Assembly: GCA_045646545.1 (NCBI GenBank)
Contig: JAZRKV010000031.1
Coordinates: forward strand, 7,707 to 71,706
Direction of reading: 5' to 3'
Source of the DNA: Acutalibacteraceae bacterium
GTDB lineage: Bacteria > Bacillota > Clostridia > Oscillospirales > Acutalibacteraceae
Length of the DNA: 64,000 bases
Below are positions 37,670-46,845 of this stretch, in pieces. The notes under the pieces are model-generated. The model was not told where the DNA came from. It searched no databases and worked only from the letters and a program-made list of their open reading frames with translations. Position 1 is the first letter of the stretch; every line of letters begins with the position of its first letter. A program made the translations under genes and the position numbers.

Positions 37670-37793
37670 CTTCTTTTCTCCTGAGTATTTTTTCCGTATC
37701 CCTCTCTGTGATTACACTATAACACTTGAAAACAAAAAAATAAAGCATTTTCGGTCGGGATAAAACGACTGAAAATGCTTTGATTCATTGATT

Positions 37794-38507
37794 TTATAAA
37801 GGTTTTTTGGCGATTTGTGCAGAAACACGTGGGAACTTTGGCGGAATTTGCGAAATCTTTTTTACATTAATTATGGCTCTTTTGTCGCCACCGGGAAGAG
37901 AAAACTCAAAAACCTTCTCAATTTTACCACCTAATGTCTTTAAAGAGTTACCCGCACCATCAATTTCATCAATAGCGGAAGCACCCTTTAACGATAAAAA
38001 CGAACCGCCTACCTTAACAAAAGGAAGAGTATATTCCAACAAAACTCTCAATTCCGCAACAGCTCTTGCAGTTGCAAAATCAAATTTTTGACGAAACTCC
38101 GGCTTTTTGCCTGCATCCTCTGCCCTCATATGCACAATAGTCACGTTGTTAACGCCCATTTTATTTGCTATGTCTTCTACCGCTTTAAGTTTTTTACCGG
38201 TAGAATCAAGCAATGTAACATCAATTTCCGGGTATGCCGCTGCAAGTACAAGACCAGGAAAGCCTGCCCCTGTTCCCACATCTATTATTTTTTGCCCTGA
38301 TTTAAAATCCGCATATTTACCCACAAGAAGGCAATCAAGAAAATGCTTTACTGCTATGCCTTCATCATCAAGTATGGCAGTCAGATTTATTTTATCATTC
38401 CATTCACGCAGATTTTCTGCATAAATCTGAAGTTTATTACCTAAATCCTCTGTAATTTCTACATTATAATCTGCCGCATACTCTTTTAATATACCTATTA
38501 TTGACAT
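37794..38507 (-). CDS. rsmG: 16S rRNA (guanine527-N7)-methyltransferase
   Basis: W..KINLTA and IDVGTGAGFPG motifs, 237 aa. Confidence 0.9.
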   Translation of the reverse strand: MSIIGILKEYAADYNVEITEDLGNKLQIYAENLREWNDKINLTAILDDEGIAVKHFLDCLLVGKYADFKSGQKIIDVGTGAGFPGLVLAAAYPEIDVTLLDSTGKKLKAVEDIANKMGVNNVTIVHMRAEDAGKKPEFRQKFDFATARAVAELRVLLEYTLPFVKVGGSFLSLKGASAIDEIDGAGNSLKTLGGKIEKVFEFSLPGGDKRAIINVKKISQIPPKFPRVSAQIAKKPL

Positions 38508-38508
38508 A

Positions 38509-40914
38509 TTAACCTCTATAAAGTTTCATTATTTCTCTGATTGGACCTGCAAAACTTTCTGCAATCGGTGGCAATGATTTTTCATTTTTAAGGAAGTCTG
38601 TAAAGAGCATACCTTTATAGTCATTAGCCATCTGGAATTTTGCGATTGTCTGAATCAACTCTTGCTTTTTATCCATATTAGTGAGATATGTGCAATCGTC
38701 GATGGCAATTTCAACTTTTGCCGATGTTTTTTCACAAACTGTAACCTGAAGAGTTTTACCGCATTTTTCTACCTTAGATTTAACATCCTTACCATTAACT
38801 TTAACTGTTACATTACCGCAAACAATATCTTTAAATTTAATAACATAAGTTCTCTTCTCAGGTGATACGGAGCAGTCGCCCTCTTCTTTATTAATTGTAA
38901 AAGATACTTTTGAACCATCTTCTGCAACAGTAAATGCAGTTTTGAGGTATTCACCATTCTGATATGAAAGTGTTTCGCCGTCATCCTCATATAAAGTGAA
39001 TGTATTGTTGCCTCTGTAAACAAGAAGCTCGAGGGTTTCAGGGTTTGAACAATCATTAGTTCTGTCATTTGCACTCATTGGAATAATCGCACCTGCTTTT
39101 GCAAGTACAGGAATATTCTCAATATCACGATACATTTTAATAAAGTGGTTACCGCTATAAATTCTGCCTGTGAATATATCTGTATATCTGCCTTCAGGAA
39201 CCCATACGTTAACTCCTGCAAGGTTAGAATCGGAAGATGTATGTTCTGTTATTGGTGCAACAATAAGTTCTGTACCAAAGAAGAATTGGTTTTTGCACTC
39301 ATACGCACGTTCTTCTTCCGGATATGCGTAGTACATTGGCTCACAAATTGCTCTGCAATCCATATGAGTACGATAGTTCATTGTGTAAATATATGGAAGA
39401 AGTTTATGTCTTAAACGAAGGGCATCTTTTGCAACTCTTTCAACAGGACCGCTATAATTCCAAGGCTCTTTACCCATAAACTCATTATTAGTTGAGTGAA
39501 GACGCATAACAGGACTGAAAACACCCAGCTGCACCCAACGAAGGTAAAGCTCATCATCTTTTTTACCCATACAGTGACCGCCAATATCGTGGCTCCACCA
39601 TGGATACGCCACGTTAGAGGCAGTTGCAGTAAAGCCCGGTTGAAAATCAAGACTAGCCCATGTCTGAGTTGTGTCACCACTAAAGCCTAAAGGATATCTC
39701 TGGCTACCTGCACCGCAGAAACGGGAAAGAATGAGCGGTCTGTGGTTATCCTTTGCGTTATCAAGGAAGTGGTAGTGGTTAAGAGCCCACAACGGGTCAA
39801 GACCAGGTACATTGGTTCTTGTGCCTTGTTGCCAATCAATCCACCAGAAGTCAACACCCATTTTCTCAAAAGGATGATGAAGAATATCGAAATAATTAAG
39901 AGTGAATTTTTTATCTGTAATATCAAACTTAACAGGTTGCTTTTTTGATGGGTCCTGCCCCATAGCCTTACACATATCCTCGTATTGGTCTTCAAACCAA
40001 CGCACACCCATTGATGGATGAATATTGAACGTAACTTTGTAGTTATCGTCTTTCAACTTTTTAAGGAAACCTGCAGGGTCAGGGAAAAGGTCAGTATTAA
40101 AACTGTATCCTGTCCATCCTGTTGACCAGAAGTCATATACATATTCCATAAAGTTTTTATGTGGATGAATTTTGTGACTTTCTTTACCGAATTTATCTTT
40201 AATATCAACCCAGTGCCAGTCCATATCAACTGTTGCAACTGTAACAGGAATCTCTTCTTCTTTAAACTTATCCATAAGGTTAAGATATTCATCCTGTGAA
40301 TATGCTTTGTATCGGCTCCACCAGTTAGAAAGAGCATACCTTGGAATAAGTGGAACTTTACCTGTTAATTTATATAAATCTGTTGTTGCTCCGATATAAT
40401 TATTGCCGTAAGCAAAATAATATTGGTCCTTTTCTTTATTTGCTCTTGGAAGAATTGAACCATCTTTTTTGAGAACAAGAGTATCACTATCATCAAGAAT
40501 AGCAACACCATTTTTTGAACAAACACCATCACCAAGGGTAATAATACCTGCAGTAATATCAAGAGTTCTGCACGTTCCTTTAAGGTTACCCGCAGTAAAA
40601 TTTGTTACAACTCTGCCATCACGAAGCTTGATGCGAACCATTTTCTGAGTTTTGAAAGAATAAAGGAAATTTGCCTTTGTTGTTTTAATTTCAATAGTTT
40701 CCCTTGATTCATTTACTTTAAATTCAGGCTCACAAAAATCACGGAACCACACACTTTGAGTAGGCTCATCGCAGAATTTACCCTTCGGCTGATTTTCTAC
40801 TCTCAAAAGGCATGGTGTAATAACTGTAAACCTTACGTTTTTACGCACAATGGTGTGTGATTTGTGTGCCACAGGAGAGCATTCAATCTCGAATCGTTTT
40901 GCAAACTGTTCCAT
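38509..40914 (-). CDS. GH31 family glycoside hydrolase
   Basis: DFWWIDWQQG, WSHDIGGH and a C-terminal LYEDDGETLSYQNGEY beta-sandwich are typical of GH31. Specificity is unknown. Confidence 0.75.
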   Translation of the reverse strand: MEQFAKRFEIECSPVAHKSHTIVRKNVRFTVITPCLLRVENQPKGKFCDEPTQSVWFRDFCEPEFKVNESRETIEIKTTKANFLYSFKTQKMVRIKLRDGRVVTNFTAGNLKGTCRTLDITAGIITLGDGVCSKNGVAILDDSDTLVLKKDGSILPRANKEKDQYYFAYGNNYIGATTDLYKLTGKVPLIPRYALSNWWSRYKAYSQDEYLNLMDKFKEEEIPVTVATVDMDWHWVDIKDKFGKESHKIHPHKNFMEYVYDFWSTGWTGYSFNTDLFPDPAGFLKKLKDDNYKVTFNIHPSMGVRWFEDQYEDMCKAMGQDPSKKQPVKFDITDKKFTLNYFDILHHPFEKMGVDFWWIDWQQGTRTNVPGLDPLWALNHYHFLDNAKDNHRPLILSRFCGAGSQRYPLGFSGDTTQTWASLDFQPGFTATASNVAYPWWSHDIGGHCMGKKDDELYLRWVQLGVFSPVMRLHSTNNEFMGKEPWNYSGPVERVAKDALRLRHKLLPYIYTMNYRTHMDCRAICEPMYYAYPEEERAYECKNQFFFGTELIVAPITEHTSSDSNLAGVNVWVPEGRYTDIFTGRIYSGNHFIKMYRDIENIPVLAKAGAIIPMSANDRTNDCSNPETLELLVYRGNNTFTLYEDDGETLSYQNGEYLKTAFTVAEDGSKVSFTINKEEGDCSVSPEKRTYVIKFKDIVCGNVTVKVNGKDVKSKVEKCGKTLQVTVCEKTSAKVEIAIDDCTYLTNMDKKQELIQTIAKFQMANDYKGMLFTDFLKNEKSLPPIAESFAGPIREIMKLYRG

Positions 40915-41055
40915 AGTGTACTCCTTTGTAAATCAACAATAAATTTCTGATTATATAATACAACATTATGCACCTTAAAGTCAACAAAGGCAGTAATATA
41001 AATAGATATTTAAATATAACCAAATAGCAGACAGTTTTTTCTACATTCTCTATCG

Positions 41056-41084
41056 TTGACAAAAAGAAGTGGATTTGATAAAAT
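41056..41084 (+). promoter_or_regulatory. sigma-A type promoter (TTGACA-17-TAAAAT)
   Basis: Hexamers at 41056-41061 and 41079-41084. Confidence 0.55.
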
Positions 41085-41117
41085 TATTGTTTGTTAAAGG
41101 TGAAAGGAGATGCATGT

Positions 41118-42617
41118 ATGGTTTTCCAAAGAAAAATCGGTTTTGACAACGATATGTATATCGAAAAGCAGTCTGAACAGATTTTAAAACGTGTTGACGA
41201 TTTTGGCGGAAGGCTCTACCTTGAATTAGGAGGTAAGCTTTTTGATGATTTTCACGCTTCAAGAGTTTTACCGGGATTCAAGCCCGACAGTAAACTTCAG
41301 ATGCTTCTTAAACTTAAAGAGCACGCTGAGGTTGTTATTGTTATCTCTGCAGGTGATATTGAAAACAACAAAATACGTCGTGATTTAGGCATCTCTTACG
41401 ACAGTGACGTTTTAAGACTTATTGACGCTTTCACAAGTGCAGGTCTTTTTGTTGGCAGTGTTGTTATTACTCAGTTTGACGGTCAACCTGCCGCTTTGAA
41501 ATTCAAAGAAAAACTTATGGGTCTTGGCATCAAAGTATTTATGCACTACCCTATTGACGGTTATCCGTACAATGTACGTAAAATCGTTAGCGAAGAAGGT
41601 TTCGGTAAAAACGAATACATCGAAACTTCACGCCCTGTTGTTATTATGACGGCTCCCGGTCCAGGCAGCGGTAAAATGGCAACCTGCCTTTCTCAACTTT
41701 ATCACGATAACCTTCGCGGAGTTAAAGCAGGTTATGCAAAGTTTGAAACTTTCCCGGTGTGGAATCTTCCGCTTAAACATCCTGTTAACCTTGCTTACGA
41801 GGCTGCAACAGCAGACCTTAACGATGTTAATATGATTGACCCTTATCATCTTGAAGCTTATGGCGTTTCTACAGTAAACTACAACCGTGACGTTGAGGTT
41901 TTTCCTGTATTGAATGCAATGTTTGAAAAGATTGAAGGCAAAAGCCCATATAAATCCCCAACAGACATGGGTGTAAATATGGTTGGTTACTGCATTACAG
42001 ATGATGCCGTTTGCTGTGCCGCATCTCACGAAGAAATTGTAAGACGTTTCTTCACTACACTTTGCGATAAAAAATTAGGCCAACAAAATGACAAAGCAAT
42101 TGCAAAAATTGAAAGTCTTATGAACCAGGCAGGTATTTCTGTTGAAAGCGTAAGGCCGACCGTTAAAGCAGCAATCACCAAAAGTGCCGAAACAGGTAAC
42201 CGTCCTGCAGTTGCAATTGAATTACCAAATGGTCAGATTGTTACAGGTAAAACGAGCGACCTACTTGGTGCCGCTTCTGCAGTGCTCCTCAACTCACTCA
42301 AAGTTATTGCGGGCATTGACGATAAAGAGCTTTTAATACAAAGAGAAATTATTGAACCAATTCAGGCTCTTAAAACAAGTATACTCGGCAACCATAACCC
42401 AAGGCTCCATACAGACGAAATTCTTATTGCCCTTACAATGAGTGCCGTTACAAACGAAAACGCAAAAAAAGCCTTTGACGTACTTAAAGAGCTTAAAGGC
42501 AGTGAAGCACACGCAACGGTTATTCTTTCACAAGTAGACAGAGACACCTTTAGAAAATTAGGCATCAACCTCACTTGCGAACCACACCACGAAAGCAAAA
42601 AGCTTTATCATAAATAA
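41118..42617 (+). CDS. DUF1846 (UPF0371) family protein
   Basis: FDNDMYIEKQSEQILKR..LYLELGGKLFDDFHASRVLPGF is typical of UPF0371. ATG 41118 follows AAAGGAGA. Confidence 0.8.
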   Translation: MVFQRKIGFDNDMYIEKQSEQILKRVDDFGGRLYLELGGKLFDDFHASRVLPGFKPDSKLQMLLKLKEHAEVVIVISAGDIENNKIRRDLGISYDSDVLRLIDAFTSAGLFVGSVVITQFDGQPAALKFKEKLMGLGIKVFMHYPIDGYPYNVRKIVSEEGFGKNEYIETSRPVVIMTAPGPGSGKMATCLSQLYHDNLRGVKAGYAKFETFPVWNLPLKHPVNLAYEAATADLNDVNMIDPYHLEAYGVSTVNYNRDVEVFPVLNAMFEKIEGKSPYKSPTDMGVNMVGYCITDDAVCCAASHEEIVRRFFTTLCDKKLGQQNDKAIAKIESLMNQAGISVESVRPTVKAAITKSAETGNRPAVAIELPNGQIVTGKTSDLLGAASAVLLNSLKVIAGIDDKELLIQREIIEPIQALKTSILGNHNPRLHTDEILIALTMSAVTNENAKKAFDVLKELKGSEAHATVILSQVDRDTFRKLGINLTCEPHHESKKLYHK

Positions 42618-42620
42618 TGC

Positions 42621-42657
42621 ACAAGGCGTAGCAGTTGCTACGCCTTGTATTTTTTTG
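42621..42657 (+). terminator. rho-independent terminator
   Basis: ACAAGGCGTAGC / GCTACGCCTTGT stem followed by T7. Confidence 0.8.
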
Positions 42658-42669
42658 GTGTTTGTGATA

Positions 42670-42880
42670 TTATTTTCAAGTCGGTTATGGAAACAGGTGC
42701 AAATCCTGTACGAGCCCGTCGCCGTGATATGCAATAAGCTTTCTTCTATCGGAATACCGCAATTCCGAGACACGCCATTGGATTTTTCTGAGAAGGTGAA
42801 GAAAGTGCATAAAGTCGAAATACTTGCCGACAATTGCCGTTTCACCTGCGAGTGCCTGAAGGGAACGGATACAAAAATAT
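42670..42880 (+). promoter_or_regulatory. cobalamin (B12) riboswitch
   Basis: Core GGAAACAGGTGCAAATCCTGTACGAGCCCGTCGCCGTGA, then GCCATTGG..GAAGGTG, then the B12-box-like AAGTCGAAATACTTGCC. A possible P1 pairs GTCGG 42680-42684 with CCGAC 42827-42831. Confidence 0.8.
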
Positions 42881-42901
42881 ATCCATAAAGGAGAAATTAC
42901 A

Positions 42902-43345
42902 ATGAAAATGACAAAACTCAAACGAAGCTTGTCAGTCATTCTTTCATTTGTGCTTATTGCGGTTATAGCACTTACAATGTACGGATGCGGCAAACAAACA
43001 AACGAACAGCCTTCCGAAGGAACCACCAAAGAAACTGTCAACGAACAGACATTATCTAAAGTTTCGTTCACATTCAAGGTCACACACAAAGACGGTTCCA
43101 TCGCAACCTTTAACGTTTCCTCAGGTAAAAAATACGTTGGCGAAGCACTTATTGAAGGTAAATACATTGCAGGTGAAGACGGAGATTACGGTCTTTACGT
43201 TAAAACTGTTGATGGAGAAACCTTAGATTACAACACCGACGGAATGTATTGGGCATTTTACGAAGACGGAAATTACGCATCAAAAGGCGTTGACCAAACG
43301 GAAATTGTAGCCGGCAAGACGTATGAATTCAAAGCAGAAAAATAA
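42902..43345 (+). CDS. DUF4430 lipoprotein (transcobalamin-like fold family)
   Basis: Lipobox LTMYGC. C-terminal G.YGLYV.TVDG...DYN.DGMYWAFYEDG.YA..GVD is typical of DUF4430. Confidence 0.7.
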   Translation: MKMTKLKRSLSVILSFVLIAVIALTMYGCGKQTNEQPSEGTTKETVNEQTLSKVSFTFKVTHKDGSIATFNVSSGKKYVGEALIEGKYIAGEDGDYGLYVKTVDGETLDYNTDGMYWAFYEDGNYASKGVDQTEIVAGKTYEFKAEK

Positions 43346-43856
43346 AATAAACATTAAAGAACTTGCCTTGTTCGGTATGCTCGGTGCATTAATGTACGCC
43401 TCAAAAGTTTTAATGGAAGTGCTTCCTAATATACACTTAATCGGCGTATTTGTAATAACAACTACCGTTGTTTACCGAAAAAAAGCACTGTATCCCATAT
43501 ACACTTTTGTGTTTCTTACAGGGCTTTTAAACGGGTTTGGTACGTGGTGGATTCCATTCATTTATATATGGGCAATCCTTTGGGGAGCAACTATGTTACT
43601 ACCTAAAGAAATAAAAGGTAAAAAAGCACCTTTCGTATATGCTGTGGTGTGTGCTTTGCACGGCTATTTATATGGCGTTTTATACGCACCATTCCAGGCT
43701 ATTGCATATCACCTTGATTTTAAAAGTACACTCATCTGGATAAGTGCAGGTTTACCTTTTGACATTATTCACGGTACCAGTAACTTTATTTGTACACTTA
43801 TTTTAAGCGTTCCGTTTATTAAACTGCTGAAAAATGCAGAAAAATTAAGTAAATAA
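43323..43856 (+). CDS. ECF-transporter S-component-like membrane protein (candidate B12-related)
   Basis: 177 aa with about 6 TM segments and an N-terminal ELALFGMLGALMYASK. The start is uncertain, because ATG 43323 overlaps the upstream gene by 23 nt. Confidence 0.5.
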   Translation: MNSKQKNKINIKELALFGMLGALMYASKVLMEVLPNIHLIGVFVITTTVVYRKKALYPIYTFVFLTGLLNGFGTWWIPFIYIWAILWGATMLLPKEIKGKKAPFVYAVVCALHGYLYGVLYAPFQAIAYHLDFKSTLIWISAGLPFDIIHGTSNFICTLILSVPFIKLLKNAEKLSK

Positions 43857-43863
43857 CAAAAAG

Positions 43864-43899
43864 ATACCTTTGCAGAATTTTCTGCAAAGGTATTTTTAT
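43864..43899 (+). terminator. rho-independent terminator
   Basis: ATACCTTTGCAGA / TCTGCAAAGGTAT stem followed by a T-run. Confidence 0.75.
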
Positions 43900-43914
43900 T
43901 TAAAACACGTATTT

Positions 43915-44333
43915 AATAATTTGTGAGATTTGGATGTATGACGCAGTTTTAGAGTGCGACGCTGTATATAGATACTACGAGTGAACTAAACCTTGTTATA
44001 CACCTTCTGAGGAGTAATAATTTGTGAGATTTGGATGTATGACGCAGATTTAGGATGCGACGCTGTATATAGATACTGCGAGCGAACTAAACCAAATTAT
44101 ACCTCGTCCTGACTTACTGAGAAGTAATAATTTGTGAGATTTGGATGCAGAACGACGGCTTAGCGAACGAAGTTGTATAAAGATACTACGAGTGAACTAA
44201 ACCTTGTTATACACCTTCTGAGGAGTAATAATTTGTGAGATTTGGATGTATGACGCAGATTTAGGATGCGACGCTGTATATAGATACTGCGAGCAGACTA
44301 AATCAAGTCAGACGCCAAATATCACAAATTATT
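43915..44333. repeat. tandem array of four 101-110 bp units (starts 43915, 44016, 44126, 44227)
   Basis: Every unit starts AATAATTTGTGAGATTTGGATG. The last unit ends with the inverted copy CCAAATATCACAAATTATT (44315-44333), which contains the GH3 stop codon. Confidence 0.85.
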
Positions 44334-46722
44334 CGGACATTCGGAGTGTCATTTCTAATATTCGTTTAACGCAAAGTTCAAGGTCGGCACGAGTTAAATC
44401 GCCGTTTTTATAACCTTGCATAAGGTCCTCGGGGTAGCCAACGTGCATTTTCATATCGTTACCTGCTTTTACCTCTTTAACAGGGTCATTTTTTACGCCC
44501 CAGTCAGTTGTAACCATATTCTTAAAGCCCCATTCATCACGGAGAATACCTGTAAGAAGCTCGTAGCTTTCGGAGGTGTGCTGACCGTTTATAAGGTTAT
44601 ATGACGACATAACAGTCCATGGATTTGCTTCTTTTACACAAATCTCAAAACCTTTAAGGTATATTTCGCGAAGTGCCCTTTCGGAAAGACGTGAATCACA
44701 TCCCATACGATTCGCCTCTTTATTGTTACATGCAAAATGCTTCATTGATACTGCCACCTTAGCAGATTGAATACCTCGCATTTGTGCAGCAGCAATTTTA
44801 CCTGAAACGAGAGGATCTTCGGAATAATACTCAAAGTTTCTGCCACAAAGAGGATTTTTATGAATGTTAAGAGCAGGTGCGAGCCAGATACCAATATTAT
44901 TTTCTCTTATTTCCAAACCGCCGCCTTCACCTACAAGGTATGCAAGGTCAGGGTCCCAAGAGCAAGCGATAAGAGTTGCACATGGCCACGCAGTTGTAGG
45001 TATACCTGTTTCAGGATTAAGGCGTAAGCCTGCAGGTCCGTCGGCAGTAGGAATCGGCGGAATATTAAGACGAGCCATACCGCCAAAGCAACCTGTATTT
45101 GCTACGCCTGTGGGCTCTTTACCGCCAACAAAATCCATAAGTTCTTCTAATGTGAACTGTGCAATAAAATCATCTAAGGAAATTGTTTTGCCAATCTCAT
45201 CAAACATAACAGGCTTTTCGGGAGCAGTTGATTTTACAGGCTCATTTATACCGTAAAAATAATGCTCTTCACCCATTGGAAGCTCTTCAAAACTACCGTC
45301 AGAAAGCATTCTCTTGGGAAGTTTAAATGGCTTGCACCAATCAGAACATTGTTCTGTTACCCTATCTTCACAAACAGTATATTTAAAAGATAATTCTTCC
45401 GTATCTCTTACAGACGTGCCTAAATGGAAAGTGTATTCACCTTTTTCAAGCACGTATGCAGATTTCTGGATTTTACCCAAATCGTCAAAGCTTGCCATAT
45501 CGTTAACTTTAAAAGAAAGAGCAAGTGTTTCGCTTTCGCCGGGTTGAAGAAGCTTTGTCTTTTTAAACGCTGCAAGTTCTTTTGACGGCTTACCTAACTT
45601 GCCCTGGGGTGCAGAATAATAAAGTTGCACAACTTCTTTACCTGCAACGTCACCTGTATTTTTAACAGTACAAACGGCAACAATCTGACCTTCACATTCA
45701 GTACAAACTTTTCCGCTTATTTCAAAATTTGTATAAGAAAGACCAAAACCGAAAGGATAACGAACGTACTCCTTTGCACCGGGAATAGTTTCAAAATAAC
45801 GGTATCCCACATAGATATCGTCGGTATAATTATAATACTCGTAATTTTCGTGAAAATCTTCAACACAAGGATAATAATCGTAAGATTTTGTGATTGTATC
45901 TACAAGTTTACCTGATGGGCAAACATCACCGTAAAGAATATCGGCAATTGCAGCACCGCCTTCCATACCGCCTTGCCAGGAGTAAAGAAGGGCAGAAATC
46001 TTTTCATTTTCTGCAAAAAATTCGCAGTCAACCGGTCCGCCTGAGTTTATAATAACAACAACTTTTTTGAAAAGCGACGTTACTTTATTAAGTAAATCTT
46101 TTTCTAAATCAGAAAGAAGATAATCTCCGCCTTGATTTCTGCGGTCAACACCTTCTGCAGAAAAACGGCTTATGGTAACAACGGCAGTTTCTGCCCATTG
46201 TGCAGAGCTTTCGATTAACTCATCAGGCACCTTCGCTTCTTTAACATGCATACTTGCAAAGGTTTCATAGGTTACTTCGTCTCTGTTTTTGTTGTCTAAT
46301 TCTTCAATTATTGTAAAAAAGTCGTTAGCATTTACAATATCCCAAACTGCATCAATTTCTTTCTGAGTAGGAATATTTTTACTTTCAACCTCAACGTATT
46401 TTTTATAAAAATCAACAAGAGGCTCATACACCTGTACGCCTTTCATTTTAAAGCCTTCGTAAATATTACGAATATATGGGCAATGAACATCACCGCTACC
46501 GCCGCCGCCTTTAATATATTCAATAGTTGCTTTACCAAAAAGAGCAACCTTTTCTGTTTTTGATAAAGGAAGTGCGTTGTTTTCGTTTTTAAGAAGCACC
46601 ATACCTTCGGCTGCCGCTTTTCTTGAAAGAGCAATATGCTCCTGTGATGCAGTAACCCTTTTACCGTCTTTACCTAAAGGAAGACACGGTTGAAACCTGA
46701 AACGTGCGTATTTATCCATCAT
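44329..46722 (-). CDS. GH3 beta-glucosidase-like enzyme with permuted domain order
   Basis: The GH3 N-domain motif KHFACNNKEANR lies near the C-terminus, and the (alpha/beta)6 and FnIII-like parts lie at the N-terminus. ATG 46722 follows AAAGGTGA. The track ORF starts at 46806. Confidence 0.85.
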   Translation of the reverse strand: MMDKYARFRFQPCLPLGKDGKRVTASQEHIALSRKAAAEGMVLLKNENNALPLSKTEKVALFGKATIEYIKGGGGSGDVHCPYIRNIYEGFKMKGVQVYEPLVDFYKKYVEVESKNIPTQKEIDAVWDIVNANDFFTIIEELDNKNRDEVTYETFASMHVKEAKVPDELIESSAQWAETAVVTISRFSAEGVDRRNQGGDYLLSDLEKDLLNKVTSLFKKVVVIINSGGPVDCEFFAENEKISALLYSWQGGMEGGAAIADILYGDVCPSGKLVDTITKSYDYYPCVEDFHENYEYYNYTDDIYVGYRYFETIPGAKEYVRYPFGFGLSYTNFEISGKVCTECEGQIVAVCTVKNTGDVAGKEVVQLYYSAPQGKLGKPSKELAAFKKTKLLQPGESETLALSFKVNDMASFDDLGKIQKSAYVLEKGEYTFHLGTSVRDTEELSFKYTVCEDRVTEQCSDWCKPFKLPKRMLSDGSFEELPMGEEHYFYGINEPVKSTAPEKPVMFDEIGKTISLDDFIAQFTLEELMDFVGGKEPTGVANTGCFGGMARLNIPPIPTADGPAGLRLNPETGIPTTAWPCATLIACSWDPDLAYLVGEGGGLEIRENNIGIWLAPALNIHKNPLCGRNFEYYSEDPLVSGKIAAAQMRGIQSAKVAVSMKHFACNNKEANRMGCDSRLSERALREIYLKGFEICVKEANPWTVMSSYNLINGQHTSESYELLTGILRDEWGFKNMVTTDWGVKNDPVKEVKAGNDMKMHVGYPEDLMQGYKNGDLTRADLELCVKRILEMTLRMSE

Positions 46723-46813
46723 AATATCACCTTTTCCTATTTTGCTAAAATCAATTATAACCCAACCCTCAAAAGAGTTCAATACGATTTTAAAACCTTT
46801 ATTCATCTACATT

Positions 46814-46844
46814 AAAAAAGCACCTTCCGCAGAAGGTGCTTTTA
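46814..46844 (-). terminator. rho-independent terminator
   Basis: GCACCTTC / GAAGGTGC stem with a T-run on the minus strand. Confidence 0.75.
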
Positions 46845-46845
46845 A

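Noticed and set aside
42685-43167. 160-aa minus-strand ORF
   Set aside because: It is antisense to the cobalamin riboswitch and the DUF4430 lipoprotein gene, and it has no RBS or recognisable motif.
44024-44053. Tandem 9-codon ORFs (GTG AGA TTT GGA TG.. ... TAG; MRFGCMTQF/I, MRFGCRTTA), each 9 nt after GAGGAG or GAGAAG at the previous unit end
   Set aside because: They are intriguing, but conservation is at nucleotide level across the whole unit. Unit 1 has no RBS, and peptides this short cannot be supported from sequence alone. They would be worth revisiting only if ribosome profiling shows occupancy.
43915-44333. CRISPR array (the string GTTTTAGAG occurs in unit 1)
   Set aside because: The repeat units are about 100 bp and diverged along their whole length. 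There is no alternation of a short constant repeat with unique spacers, and no cas genes are present in the window.
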